Below are positions 24,553 to 37,269 of a DNA stretch of 64,000 nt, piece by piece. The DNA is from Moniliella sp. 'wahieum' (lineage: Eukaryota): positions 62,001 to 126,000 of the forward strand of contig RSEE01000077.1 of assembly GCA_003971905.1 (NCBI GenBank), in the 5' to 3' direction. Positions within the stretch are counted from its first letter, which is position 1. Each line of letters opens with the position of its first letter. The notes below the pieces were generated by a model. That model saw only the letters and a list, made by a program, of their open reading frames with translations. It had not been told where the DNA came from and made no database searches. The position numbers were made by a program, and so were the translations under genes.

Positions 24553-25989
24553 CTGGCATAAATCCTAACAACCTCAAGCCATGTACCATGTACCGGTATC
24601 TTCTCTGTGTGGGGCTGCCCAAGCTGGTCAGAACAGAAGGACCAATGAACGATGATCGATCAGAACGGCAAGGACACAGGGCGCATCCTCTGGTGCATAT
24701 TGCATCCAACCTGCCTATGGGTGTGGTAACGTGTACGATGGATAACGCGGGTATTGTAGCTCGCGTCGAGGACGCGCGTGGGAGTGCGAGATCCGAGTGC
24801 CGCGACTGGGATCAAATCTCAGAACTGTCAAGCTTCAAGCTCTCTCAAGCTTCAAGCTCGATCTTAAGAGACGAGCGGGGGGCTGCTGGTCGCGCTGATC
24901 TGGGGACGAGCACGAGTACTGAAGCTTGAAGCATGAAGCTTGAGTACGTTTAGTACTCAGGCGGAGTGAACTGTGTATATTCAAGGCAGCCACCATGTAA
25001 CTTCGGACTTAAATCGTGCGGGGAGCGGATGATCGATTTGATGAGCGCAACGATGTGCGCCAGTGAGTCGGCGTGGCTGGCTGGCCAGGGTGGAAGTGGA
25101 TGTGAGATGTGATGATTGGATGTGATAGGTCCAACACCGTGGCTGGGAAGGGCTGGGATGCAGGATGGACGCGATGGAATCTGGAGCGATCAGAGGAGGT
25201 AAAAGGTGGTAAGCGAGAAAGGGTAGTCTCCGGTACATGTCGTAGCGAAAAGCCGTGGTAATGCAAACGTAACCATGGCGGCGCGAGGCCTGAGTGAGAC
25301 GTTGGCGTTGCGGACCATGGACAGGAGGGTGGGGGGTGAGTGGTACGGTGTACTGGTGGTGGGGAAACGGGGGCGCAGGGGGGATGGGTGGGAGATCTTG
25401 GACCAGAAGCAGAATCCAATTACTTGGGTGTGACGTGTGGCAGGTGACATTACCGCGTACGGGGGATAAGTTGGTTGAACGTTGAAAGTTTGACTAAGGA
25501 CTGCGTATCCAATCAGTTTGATCAGCTTAGCGCGTACTCAGCAACAGCACACCAGGTACGTGGTAGGGTTAGGAAAGGGTGGCCATTACGTCAGATGGAT
25601 CTTAGCCGTCCGTGTTTAGTCAGGCTGAGCGGCTACTGCCTGTTGAGCGAAATAAATGGAGCAGGCACCAGGGCGGCGGCTACCGGGTGCTAGTTTACGT
25701 TCACTGGGCAGCTGAGGCCTTGCCTGTTATACGCCAGTTGGGCGCACGGGCAGCAGGGCATCCCGACACCCCAGGCCGTTTGATTTGAAGCGCTGGCTGA
25801 GCCGCGCCGACTGGGACCGCGCTGAGTTACTCCGTGCGCTCGCACCAGGGCTGCGACTCAGCCTGAGCCAGGTCCAGCCAGAGCTCCTGGGTGTCTGAAT
25901 CTGAATCTGAATAGTGCGTAGTGCGTAGTGCGTCGTGCCTAGTGCTGACTGGTTCCGATTATCAACGCAGCACAGAGAGGGGCGAGCGA

Positions 25990-26040
25990 TGATCGATGAT
26001 CGATGATGGCGATGATATCGATAATCGATAATCGATAATC
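25990..26040. repeat. Heptamer array TGA-TCGA / TAA-TCGA
   Basis: TGATCGATGATCGATGA..TCGATAATCGATAATCGATAATC. Confidence 0.9.
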
Positions 26041-26569
26041 GGCACTGGTCGTGCTCGGGCTGGCACTGGCGCAGAGCGAGGCAGGCGGGACCGAGGGGAC
26101 GCACCCGGCGGAAGCCTCAAATGGTTGATGGTCGATGATCGATGAGCGCTTTCTTCGCGCTCTGGATGTGGATGTGGATGAGGAGTGGGCTCTGGTTCTG
26201 GCTCTGGCTTGGAATCTGAGTCTGGGTCTGAGTCTGAGTCTGACTCTGTGAGAGTCAGGCACGCGGCGTGGGAGGGGCGGTGGCACACAGCCGCCATGCG
26301 GGCCGCTCGACTGCCGCATGGCTAGCATGGCTGCTCGTGGGAGTGACCAGTACTCAGTACTCAGTATGGTCATGTCACATGCACATGTCCTCGGCCTCAC
26401 CGCCCTAACCCTCACATCGCCCATCGCACCCTCCATCTCATCATCCCAGACGGCAGCCCAGCTGGGTTGGTTTGACTCTCTCTCGTTCTCCCCGTGCTCG
26501 TCCCTCTCGTCTCCCACCCGCCACGCACCGCCGCTTCGTACCGCCCCACGGCTCTCTCTGCGCCGCGCC

Positions 26570-29413
26570 CATGCACGCCGCCGCCGCCCTCCAGCGGCCC
26601 CTCCCCACCCCCATCAGCCCCGCCAGCACCCCCGCCGCCGCCCCCGCGCCCAAGCACCCCATCCTCCGTGCCCAGCCCCCCGCCGCCGCCTCCGCCCCTG
26701 CCTCGCCCGCGCCGACACACGCGCCATGGCCACACCCACCCGTCGCACCCCCCTCGCCTCCCGCTCCCGCTCCCGCTCCCACTCCGCCGCCTCCGTCTCG
26801 GCCCGTCGCCTCCCGCCCCTCGAAGCGCCTCGCCACCACACAACAAGAACACCAACAAGGAGCCTGCCATGGAGTGTGTCAACTGCGGCACCGACACCCC
26901 CCCTCTGGCGCAGAGACGAAGACGGCAAGCCCAACTGCAACGCGTGTGGCTTGTTTTACAAGTTGCACGGCATCCAGCGCCCAATCAATATGAAAAAGCC
27001 AGTGATCAAGCGGCGCAAACGCACCCCAGCTAAGGACTCCACTGCTGCTGCCTCTGCCTCTGCTTCCATCTCTGCCTCTGCATCTGCCTCCGCCAACAAC
27101 CACCCCGCCTCAGCCTCCCCCGCTACCCCGCTCTCCCCCAGCCTCGCATCCGATAACCTTCCTGCCAGCGACGGTGGCAGTGGCAGTAGCAGCGACAGTC
27201 CCCTGGCCCTGCAGCACCTGTCCCAGCACCATCCTACTCGCGTCCAATCTCCCGCGCCTCCTCCCTCCTCCTCTTCCTCGCCACCTCTGCCCTCTGGCAC
27301 GCGCTGGCAAACTGCCCAACGCCCAACACCTCTCTCCACCATCCCGATCGCGACCGAGAAGCGGCCATGGTGCTGATGGAGGTGGGCAGCGGAGCTGCCC
27401 GACGGCCTGCCCCCCTCCGCCCGATACTGTCCCCGCCTCGAGCACGGGCACAGGAACGGGACCTGAACCTGGATCCGAAATCTGCTACCCACAACTCCAC
27501 GCCGGTCAGGTTCCGGCGGCGGTACGACACGGGGCCCCTTTGCCTGGGTACCCGTACGTGCAGCAGGAGCCGGCAGTACCGATCGGGTCGGAGTATGACT
27601 CGCACTACCGGCCCCCCTCTGCCCCGCCGGGCTCTCAGCCCTCCACACCAGCCGCAGTCGCAATGGAGGTGGACTACGAGGTGGAGCGGACGTCCAAACG
27701 AGCGCGGGCATCAGCCGAGACTTACGGATCTGGCGAACCTAGCCAACCTCGCGACCCTGGTGGACCTGGTGGACCTGGTGGACCTGGTGGACCTGGTGGA
27801 CCTGCTTCTATAGCCCTAGGCCCTACCGACCCGTTTAGTACTCGCCTTACTGGTCGACCAGGCATTCGCAACTCCACCATTCGCTCCACGTCCCAACCGG
27901 CCACACGACTGCGCTCGCGTCTCTTACCCGACTCGTCGCCCGTGCTAGGCCGACGCACCCTGGCGCGTCTCCCTGGCGCACGGACCAGCCACTCACCTGA
28001 ATTACCTTGCACCTCCACCGGCCCAGCGTCGTACTACGCCCCCAGCTGGCCCGTGCACGGACACCTTGCCTACCCATACCCATACCCGCACTCGCACTCG
28101 CACTCGCACTCACACTCGCACTCGCACTCTCACCCAGCTCATTTCGGCTCAGTCCCGGCCCCCGGGGACAGGACCATTTACCTCCGCTTCCTGCGCTCTC
28201 CTTCCCGCCGTACCGGGTGCACCCTTCCCACCCTGCCCACCTTGCTCACCGGCGCGACCGAAGCGTGGACGCGTTCCCACCTCCCTCACTGCACACACTT
28301 CCCGAAGCGCCTTCCCGGACCGGAAGCGGTACAGCCAGCACCTTGTCCCACTCCGGTTCCGTTTCCGTCTCGGGCTTGGCTGCGGTACCTAGCGCACTTC
28401 CTCCGCTTCCTCCGCCCGGAGCGCCCGTGGACGACTGGGTGGGCACACTCGCTCTGGCATGCGAAGAGTTACGTGCAGAGCAGCACCGGATCGATACCTT
28501 ACTAGCACAGTACCATACGCTTTTGGCCTATGCACGCGCGAGCGTACCGGGACCGGGACGGGAAGTGGGAGTGGGAGTGGGATTGCGTTCGGGTGTGCCG
28601 GGTGCGGGTCCGGGTACGGAAATGGAAGTAAGTTGGGCTTCCCATGGGGTCCCACCACGTCGAGCTTTCTCCCAGGCTCCAACTTTATCTTCCTCTTGCT
28701 CTTCTTCGTCGTGTGCAGGACGGAGGTTACCCCCGCTCGCGGTCGCGCTCGATCCGTTGGTATCCGACTCGCATCCCCGTAGTCCTACCGCGCTCTTTCG
28801 GCCTGCCCCTGCCCCTGCCCCTGCGCCCGCACCCAGTTCCAGTCCCAGTTCCAGTTCCAGCCCCACCACCCACACTCACACTCACACTCACGCTCACACG
28901 CGCAACCCCCCCCATGCCCATGCTAGTGCCCAGGGTAGTACCAACCTAACGTGTTGCACGCGCCTCGCTTCCCCGCGCGCGCCGTTCCAACCTCCATTCA
29001 ACTCTAGCTCTATCTCTAGCTCTATCTCTGGCTCTGGCGCTACCGCTAGCGGGCCGGGTGGGACGGTAGCCCCGCGCACCTGGGACGGCGATACGTACAT
29101 GGCCGAACCCGAGGGCGAAGCTAAGAGCGAAGCTAAGGGCGAAACCGAGGACGACCGTACCGTGGACCGTGGTCGGTCGCTCGGCCGAACGAGGGAGGAA
29201 CGTACGAGTGCAGGATCACCTTGCCCGCCTGGCTCACGGTTAGCGTGGCAAGGTGCGCCGCCGACGAGTGTCGATGTTCCAGTCTCTGCAGGTAAGGGGA
29301 TGCAGACCGGGACGGGAATACAGATCGGGACGGGGACGGGGACGGGCATGTCGTTGCCGCCCATTCGGTCGCGTCCGTTATCTCCCACCGAGGCGGGGCA
29401 ACTGGCTTCGTAA
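26570..29413 (+). CDS. GATA zinc-finger transcription factor, SreA/Urbs1-type finger, long low-complexity tail (frameshifted; ends approximate)
   Basis: CVNCGT..(frameshift)..[41 protein letters not shown] at ~26875-27022; coiled-coil [15 protein letters not shown] ~28460. Confidence 0.85.
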
Positions 29414-30469
29414 CTCGTACCTCGTACGTGGTACTTTGTACCTAGGAACTAGGGATGGGAACCAGTACCGAGTACTGAGTACCGAGCAATGGGAAGCTTG
29501 GGTGTGGTCTATGCCCACGGCCACGGCCAAGGGTAGTACCTTTGTCCTTTATTTGCGTGGGACGGGGTGGGGTAGTGAGAAGAGCGTGGTACCTGAGGCC
29601 CGAGGCCTAGGGAGAGATTCGAACGAGCCTCAGGCCTCAGGCCTCGGGCCTCAGGTTTCCCGTGTCTGGTGTCCCTCGCCCCATCCTGTCTGGTCTATTC
29701 ATGATTGCTGATTTTGCTTGGAGATGAGGTCCTGGCAGGTCACCGCCACGGTAGGCACAGCAGGTTGCAAGTAGCTTGCTACCCAAACCAGCAGAGCAGA
29801 GCAGAGCAGAGCAGAGCAACCAAGGCTGGTGGATATGTGACAGCAGAGGTCACAATCTACTCTACTCTATCGCCTCTCCACTTTGCTCCGCGTCCCCCGT
29901 CCTGCGTCTCATCTGTCATACTTATATAGCGCGCCTACGAGCGGTTCGGCCATCTACGCGTGTAGTGTGTTGGGCGAGTGTAGGTGCTGAGTTGCTTGGC
30001 GCAAGCGGGGAACGGGGGACGGGGGACGGGGGGCGAGCTAACCAGAGTGAACCATCAGCGCAGTGAAGCTTGAAGTTGGATAGATGGATGGACCCATTAA
30101 CCAGTCAGATCTGTGTCGAGACCGACGCTAGCAACCGTACAGCTACGTCTGCAACGGATACGCCTGTGCGTCCGAGGTTAGGAATGAACTACGGCACTGA
30201 CATGTGACATGTGCTGAGAAGACGGGAGGGAGACGAGAACAGAATGGTATGGATGGTAGGACGAGCGATGATATGATTGTGATATAGTTTAGAGTGGGAG
30301 CTCGAAACACGCAGTGGGCATGCGGGCGTAAGGGACAAGCCACCGCGACACCATGGCTCTTCAAGGTGGAAAGAACAAGCCAAGATGGCAAGGGAGAAGA
30401 GGGTGTCGGAACAGATGGGAGAGGGGGAAGCCGAACCCATTGCGCAGGTTCGTACGGGTAAGTTTTTGG

Positions 30470-32169
30470 CTAGAGGGGGTTGGGCGCATCAATGTTGATT
30501 GAAACCGCCTTGACCTGGACATAATTTTCCAGCGCATAACTTGCGTTTTCCCGGCCAATCCCCGACGCTTTGTATCCGCCAAAGGGGACTTGGGCCGAAA
30601 GGGCATTGTACGTGTTGACCCATACCGATCCGGCCTGGAGCGCGTGCGCCGTCTTGAGCGCATTGGAAACGTCTCGAGAAAATACGCCAGCGGCCAAGCC
30701 GTACATGGAATCGTTGGCCTTGTGCAACAACTCTTCTTGGTCTTTAAATTTGTGCACCACGACCACGGGGCCAAAGATTTCTTCGCGACTGATAACCGAG
30801 TCTCGGCACAGTCGGTAAAGATGGTGGGTTCAATAAACCACCCGGATGGCGTGCCTTGGCCTACGTACCGCGTGGCCGGCAAGGCTCGGCCACCAGTCAC
30901 GAGGCGCCCTTCGGTCTTGCCAATGGCAATGTAATGCAGAATGCGGTCGTACTGCGCTTCGTTGATTTGCGGTCCGAGGTAGGTATCCTTGTCAAATGGG
31001 TCGCCTACCTTGATGGCCTCAAACTTGGCTTTCAGGCCAGAGAGAAAGCGGTCGTAGATCTTTTCGTGCACGTAAATTCGCGTGCCGGCGCAACAAGTTT
31101 GTCCCATGTTAAAGTTAACGCCCATCGTGCACCAGGACACGGCTTGCTCCAAGTCAGCATCCTCCAAGACCACCGAAGGTGACTTGCCACCCAACTCGAG
31201 CGTGACTTTTTTCAAGTTGGTGTTGGCCGCTGCCTTCATCACGATTCGACCCACACGCGTCGAGCCCGTAAAGGAGATCTTGTCAATATCCATGTGCTCC
31301 GCCATGGCGTTCCCTGCGCCCGTGCCGAGACCGGTGACGAGGTTGACCACCCCAGGTGGGAAACCAGCTTGGTGGATCAACTGGACCAACTTGAGTGCCG
31401 ACAAGGGCGTAGCTTCCGCCGATTTGAGCACCACCGTATTGCCCGTTGCCAAGGCCGGGCCCAATTTCCATGCGGTCAACATTAAAGGGTAGTTCCATGG
31501 CACGATCGCCCCGCACACCCCAACGGTTCAAGACGAGTGTACTGGAACAAGTGTGGGTTTTCCCCGACAAGACTTGACCCGAATGTTTATCGGCCCAGCC
31601 GGCAAAGTACCGAATCGCTTCCAACAGTTGCGCCACATCGAACGCTTTCGCAATCGATAACGGTTTCCCATTGTCCATCGCCTCGATCGCTGCTAGCTCA
31701 TCCACGTTGTCCTCGATGAGACGGACGAGACGATGGAGCATCACGGCGCGCTGGGGACCCGTCGTGTTCAGGCCCCAGGTCGTCTTGAACGCCCGTCGGG
31801 CCGCTTGCACCGCCAAATCAACATCGTACCCATCCCCTTGGGCTATCTCGGCAATCTTTTCTTTGGTCGCGGGATTGTATACCGCAAGCAACTCGCCCGT
31901 CATGGCGGAAACCCATTGTCCACTGTGGTACGTGCGTACCCACGGGAACAGAAACCAACGGTTCCGGCGGTCTCCGTCAGCATCCATGCCAGACAAGCAA
32001 AACGTAGTAACAGGTAACAAAGAGAGGGAGAAGGAAAAGAAAACGAAACGAAAGATACGTACTCAATGTACAGACCTCCGCTGAAATTGGACTTGGTTCC
32101 GTCGGGGAAGGCAAGGTTGACTGTTGGCACAGGGGCCGAACCGTATGGGGCGCTGGAAGCAGGAGTCAT
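30470..32169 (-). CDS. Aldehyde dehydrogenase (ALDH1/2-like), frameshifted, intron near 5' end
   Basis: GAIVPWNYPL, KSAEATPLSA, SFTGSTRVG, LELGGKSP, GQTCCAG, YGLAAGVF, PFGGYKASGIGRE. Confidence 0.95.
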
Positions 32170-32264
32170 TGTGTGTATCCCGAGACGAACAAAGACGAAA
32201 AGGAAGGAGATGGAAAGACAGTGGGATGACAGAACGAGATAGGGGAGAGGGCAGCTAGCCAACC

Positions 32265-32273
32265 TTATATATA
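32265..32273 (-). promoter_or_regulatory. Probable TATA box of ALDH
   Basis: TATATATAA on the minus strand ~100 bp upstream of the ATG, followed by a CT-rich leader. Confidence 0.5.
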
Positions 32274-33670
32274 GCTTTTGCTCACCAGAGGCATAATATG
32301 CATGCGACATGCCCAGGAAGGGGGACAAGGGCACAGCGACAATTGTAGGTCACCGACGACCCACCGGAAGGTAACAACACTGTGGGATGGGGGAGAGAGT
32401 AGTTGCGCCCTGTGTGGCATGCTGCATCGCATCTCAGATCTCATGTCTCATGCCTAATCGCAATCCTTTCGAGGGGCCACGGTGGGGGGGGGGCTTGGCA
32501 GATCATGATGACCGATGACAGGGAAGGTTCGTGCGTAGTGGAGACTGGCGGATCGAGCATGGCTGTTAGGTCGCTGGGGCGTCGCGCTGTAGGCCCAACA
32601 ATGTGTGTGGGCAGAAGAAAAGAGAGCCTCCGTCGCGCTGGGATGGGTTGGGATGATTCATGAAGCATGAAGCATGAAGCTTGTGAAGCTTGAAGGAAGG
32701 AATGACAACGGGGGTGAGCGCTGGGCTGCCCTGAGGCCTGACGAGGCTTGCCTGTACTAAAACGCAAACGAGCGGACGCAGCGGTCGGACGGAAAGAAGG
32801 CTGGTTCGTCCGTCGGTCGTCGCTGTGGGTTTTGGAGTGGGAAGAACAAAAGTTGTTCTCGGTGTCGTTGCTCATCGCGCCCAAGCGGGGTGCCCAGCGA
32901 GTGACGTCAATACCCAGTTGAGTACTCAGTGTACTCAGGACTCAGTGCGGGCCAAGCGGGTCAGCGCGGTGCTTGGGGCCGAGCTTGGCGCGTCGGCTTG
33001 CGCCCGTGCGGCTCCGGCGGGAGGGGGAGGGGGTTGGTCGTGCGCAACCCGTCGGTGCTCCTCGTCCCACACTCGCGTTGGGCTGAATATTGAGTGGCGC
33101 ACGTCTCACATAACCCGCTTCTTTTGCCTCGGTTCCGACCATCTCAAGCGACTAGTCACTGCTGAGCCGCCGCTGAGTCCTTGGATCATCGATCAACCAC
33201 CATGCATCTCATGCATCATTCCGCTGATTCAGCCTATTATGCAGCTTGCGTAATCAAATCAGCGCGCCATGGTTAAACGCTAACCGTAGACGGGTGGCCA
33301 AGCGACCATTTGACCCGAGAGGGGAGGGGAGGGGGGGTGGCATGCGCGAGCTAGAGAGGAGCAGAGAGGCGCCAACGGACGGATGCTCTGTCTCTCTCCC
33401 TTAGCTTGATGGTAAGTGTTTGCTGGTTTCATATACCCCCTCTCTCGTCCCGCTTGTTTACATAAACCCAGCGAAGGGTATGAAAGTTTTAGGACCCACC
33501 CACAATCGATTGCCACTGCTCAGACGATCGATCTGATCGATGATCAATGAATGATCGATGAGCCAGATGGACCTCATTAGCTCACTGGTCAGCGCCTGAG
33601 CGTGAATTTTTTTCAAGCGACAATCGGGACAAGTGCACCCATTGGAGCCACGCATTCCACCACCCGATCC

Positions 33671-35350
33671 ATGTCGAGTCTGCAAGAGCGTCTGGCGGGG
33701 CTGGAAGGCGTACCGAATCGCGTTCCGCGCTACGTGTTTCACAGACCCCAGATCAAGTCAACGTGAGGGTATGGTGTCCTGGGGCGGAGGCGGAGCCGCG
33801 GGTGCAGGTGGAAGGGAGGGCGTTCGGGGTCGTGGTGGGTCCTTACTACCTCCCCCTGTTCTTGCCTGACCTGGTCAAGTCGGACGTACGCCTTGAACGT
33901 GGTGAAGAGCAGGGAGAATGGAACGTGGTATTGACCAAACAAACTTCCCGCCCTTTCTCTGGACTCGACACGCTCCAACCTGAAATTCTTCCCGTCGAAG
34001 GAATTGAGGCCTGGCCAAGGCTGGCCAGGCTGGCTTGCAGGCACCTTCGGGACCCAGTGGTAGTGGCACCCCCGACCAAGCTGCGACCGAGGCGATGCTG
34101 ACGCGTGCGCTGCAACGGGAAAACGCATCGCGGTCGTCGCTGCACCAACCAGGGTTGGTGCTCACGTCGGACGAGGAGATGCGCGCGGTGGATGGTCATC
34201 GGGAGGCTGAAGAGAAAGTGTTGCATGCGCTGAGACAAGAGGCCCTCTCGGGGCCTGAGCCTGGCGCTGGTCCTGCAGTAGGGCCATCTACGTTGTGCAC
34301 GTCGCCCAATGGGCCACGATACGGGTACGGTTTGGGCCAGGCGTTTGACCATCCTCTCGCACCACACTGGTCCAGCTCACCAAGGTGTACCAGCTACAAC
34401 AATCGACCCCTCTGCGCTCCCCTTGGGCCAGAGAGACGCGATGGCAACCGCGAGGAAAATGAAAAGTGGGATGAAGACTATTACTTGTACGTCCCCTCCG
34501 CTTCTTCAGCCTCTGCGTTGGACTTGGTGTGCTGACTGCCCTACCTGTGGCGGGGAACCTTTCAGGACTGTATGGTCGACGAGGACGGCGAAATCCAGAG
34601 TCTGATTCAACTTTTGCCTCCACTCACTTCTTTGCCCGAGGTGACCGTGTCGATGCACCGCCGCGTTGCCGCTCAGTAAGGAGACTGGCGATGTAGGGTG
34701 GCGAAGGAGGAGGGAGGTGGAAAGTATGCTGGTGAGCTTATTGTTCGGGTACGCCTACGACCGCCGCACTACCCTCGCCGAGCCTACCGTCCAAAGTGCC
34801 TGGACAATTTCCCAGCTCTCGCGCGCGCTGACTCACTTTGCCCCGGCGGCAGGTGCCAGCATTGTTGCTCCTGCCACAGCGCCCCTACCGGCGGTCTTGG
34901 CGCAGCATCCACTTCTCCCTGCTTGCTGGCCAGTTTCCGACGCAGTCTCACCGTGCCGCTCTACCGCTCCTATCTGTTGAGCTGCGCCGTGGTGCAAGAT
35001 GTGGAGCAACTTTTGGCCGCGGGCGTGGCGACGACTGTCACGGCCCTGGCTGCCGTACGAGCCATCTTCTTTGCCGCGGCGGGAGAAGAGAGGAAGAGGA
35101 TGACAAAGGCACCGTCTTACCGGACCAAGACCCGTTCCTGCTTGTCTTTGTGCGTGTCGCGCTAGATCCACTTTTGGCCTTGCTCCAATCGAGCGAAGGG
35201 GAGCCCTGGTGGCCCAGCTTTGGCTCACCTGCGGCTCAGTTGAACCATCCCGATTGGGACCCGCGCAAACAAGGGTTCAAGGAGCAAGTAGGTGGTCTAG
35301 ACCAGTGGGATCTCTTGACTCTGGACCTTTTGCTCCAGGACAACAACTAA
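33671..35350 (+). CDS. SHQ1: H/ACA snoRNP assembly factor SHQ1 (frameshifted)
   Basis: N-terminal CS-like PYYLPLFLP; YGYG, ENEKWDEDYY, LLFGYAYDRRTTLAEPTVQSAWTI, ASFRRSLTVPLYR. Confidence 0.88.
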
Positions 35351-35461
35351 AAAGAATACCAGTTTCCAGCCTAGGGAGGATCAAACAATCGCACCAAACT
35401 GTTATCTTATTTGCATGGTGGAGGAGAGGGGGAGAGGAGGAAATAAACGTCCTCATTGTCT

Positions 35462-36447
35462 TTAGAACTTGTATACCTTCAATCGTGTAGCCCAGCTCCT
35501 TGAGGATACCCGACAGCTCGCCCTGGGTAAAGTTCTTGCCCTTGGGGCCCGACAGGGCCTTCATCTGCGGGGGCGGGCCACAGACAAAGACGTGGACCTT
35601 GTCGGCGCGGGCCGGGTCAGGGAGGTACTTCTTGGCAATGTCGGCCGTAAGGTACCCTGGAAGCCAGTCCAGTTAGTCGGCACCTCGTCCAAACCGTACA
35701 CCACCTTGAACTGCTCCGGGTTGCTCTTGGCCAAGGCGTCGAACTTCTCCGCAGCAGAATGTCCTTCTCGGTCTTGTTGGTGTAGATGAGAGTCACCTTG
35801 GTCTTGTCCGCCTTGTCAGACGCAATGTGGTCAATCAGCTGCCACATGGGAGTGATCCCACTACCACCGGCCAGCAGCGCAATCTCCTCAAACTGGTTCG
35901 TCTCGTACTTCCACTTGGGGATCGGGCCCTTGATCGCAATCTGGTCCCCGGCCTTGAGCTCACCGACATGCTTGCTCATGTTGCCCGTCGGGTACGACTT
36001 GATCAAAAAGTCAAGCTCGCCCACCTTGTCGGGCGAGCTGATGGGCGTGTAAGGACGAATGACCTCGCGGCCCTTGTCGTCCTTCAAGCCTTCGGCCGCC
36101 TTGAACACACAGCCGAGGCGGTGAAGGTACCGGCCTTAGCCCCCTTGGGCAAGTCAAACACGACCACGTGCGAGTCGTGGTTGTAGGTTTGATGCTCTTG
36201 ACAGTAAACGTGCGGAACTCCTCGGGACTGAGTGCGTCGGGAACGGGCTCAGCGGGCGTCTGGGTGTAGTAGTAGTACCCGCCGCCCAGCGCCAGAGCAC
36301 CGAGCACAAACGGAACGGGACTCGACTTGGCAGGAGCAGGGGCGGACGAGTTGAACCGCACCTGGCGCAGCGCGGCGCGGGGCGCAGCAGGACGGACGCT
36401 AGCACGGGCACGACAGGACGCTGGAGGCGACGGGGACGGCCAAGCAT
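35462..36447 (-). CDS. MCR1: Mitochondrial NADH-cytochrome b5 reductase
   Basis: Arg-rich presequence plus TM (ALGGGYYYY), RPYTPIS, GNMSKH, AGGSGITPMWQ, VFVCGPP, GELSGILKELGY..VYKF*. Confidence 0.92.
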
Positions 36448-37269
36448 ATGTGGATCGTTGGTGGTGGTGGGGGGGGAGAAAGTCGTCAACGGAGCTAGAC
36501 GGCGGGTCCATTTCTAATGCGCCTACGACCGAAGAAGCTTAGCTGCTGGGCGCTGCGCGCCGCACGGACCACGGAACCCGCGTTGCGTCAGTGCTCCGGA
36601 GCGTCACGCGTCATGAGCGCCGCGGAAACACGCAAGACCGGCCTGGTGCCGCCGATTGCTCCGGTCCGTGGGCCAGCGTCAGGCACACGGGCACTGATGG
36701 GGCTGATGACGCAGACGCTGTCATAACCCTAGCGGGTCCGCTGACATTTTCGTTGCCAGTCCGGCTTCGTATTGCATCACATCCTCGGCACAGAGCGAGG
36801 GCGCAGACTAATAACGCGAATCACGCTCCATAACCCACCCCCCCGTCGGATGACGAGCCTGAGAGCATCCCCATCGCCATCCACTTCGCTTATGCTTCAC
36901 CAGCGTCCCCGATGCTGATTAAGCTGTTTTAGGGTTGCAGTTCATCCAATGCATGGCATCTTGCGTATCGATCCTGCTCTGCAATGTGGGCGCGAAAGAT
37001 GGCTGCCCGCTCTCTTGCACCACTGGAAATGAGAACCCCCATCGCCTGGGGGCTGACCTCAGCGCCTTGAGCTGAGCCCGATCCGAGGGAAAGGACGAAG
37101 AGCCAAAGGGAAACTTCGTCAAGACGAATTCCAAAACATGCGTTTTCTGGTCGTACATTTCCACATCAACAAGAACGAAGAGGGCAAAGATTAGAGGCAA
37201 GGGGCGAAAAAGACAAGGGGGTTAGGGGGGAAGAGAAGGAGGGGAAGGGTACGCGGGGAAAATGAAGAC

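Noticed and set aside
24194..24709. E/K/R-rich and S/L/F-rich ORFs
   Set aside because: Translations of the polypurine microsatellite.
25564..25573. TTAGGG-like words (also ~18177, 26403, 37219, 52501)
   Set aside because: Only 1-2 units each; not interstitial telomere arrays.
27756..27803. (CCTGGTGGA)n 9-bp repeat
   Set aside because: Ordinary coding or low-complexity repeat in the GATA gene body.
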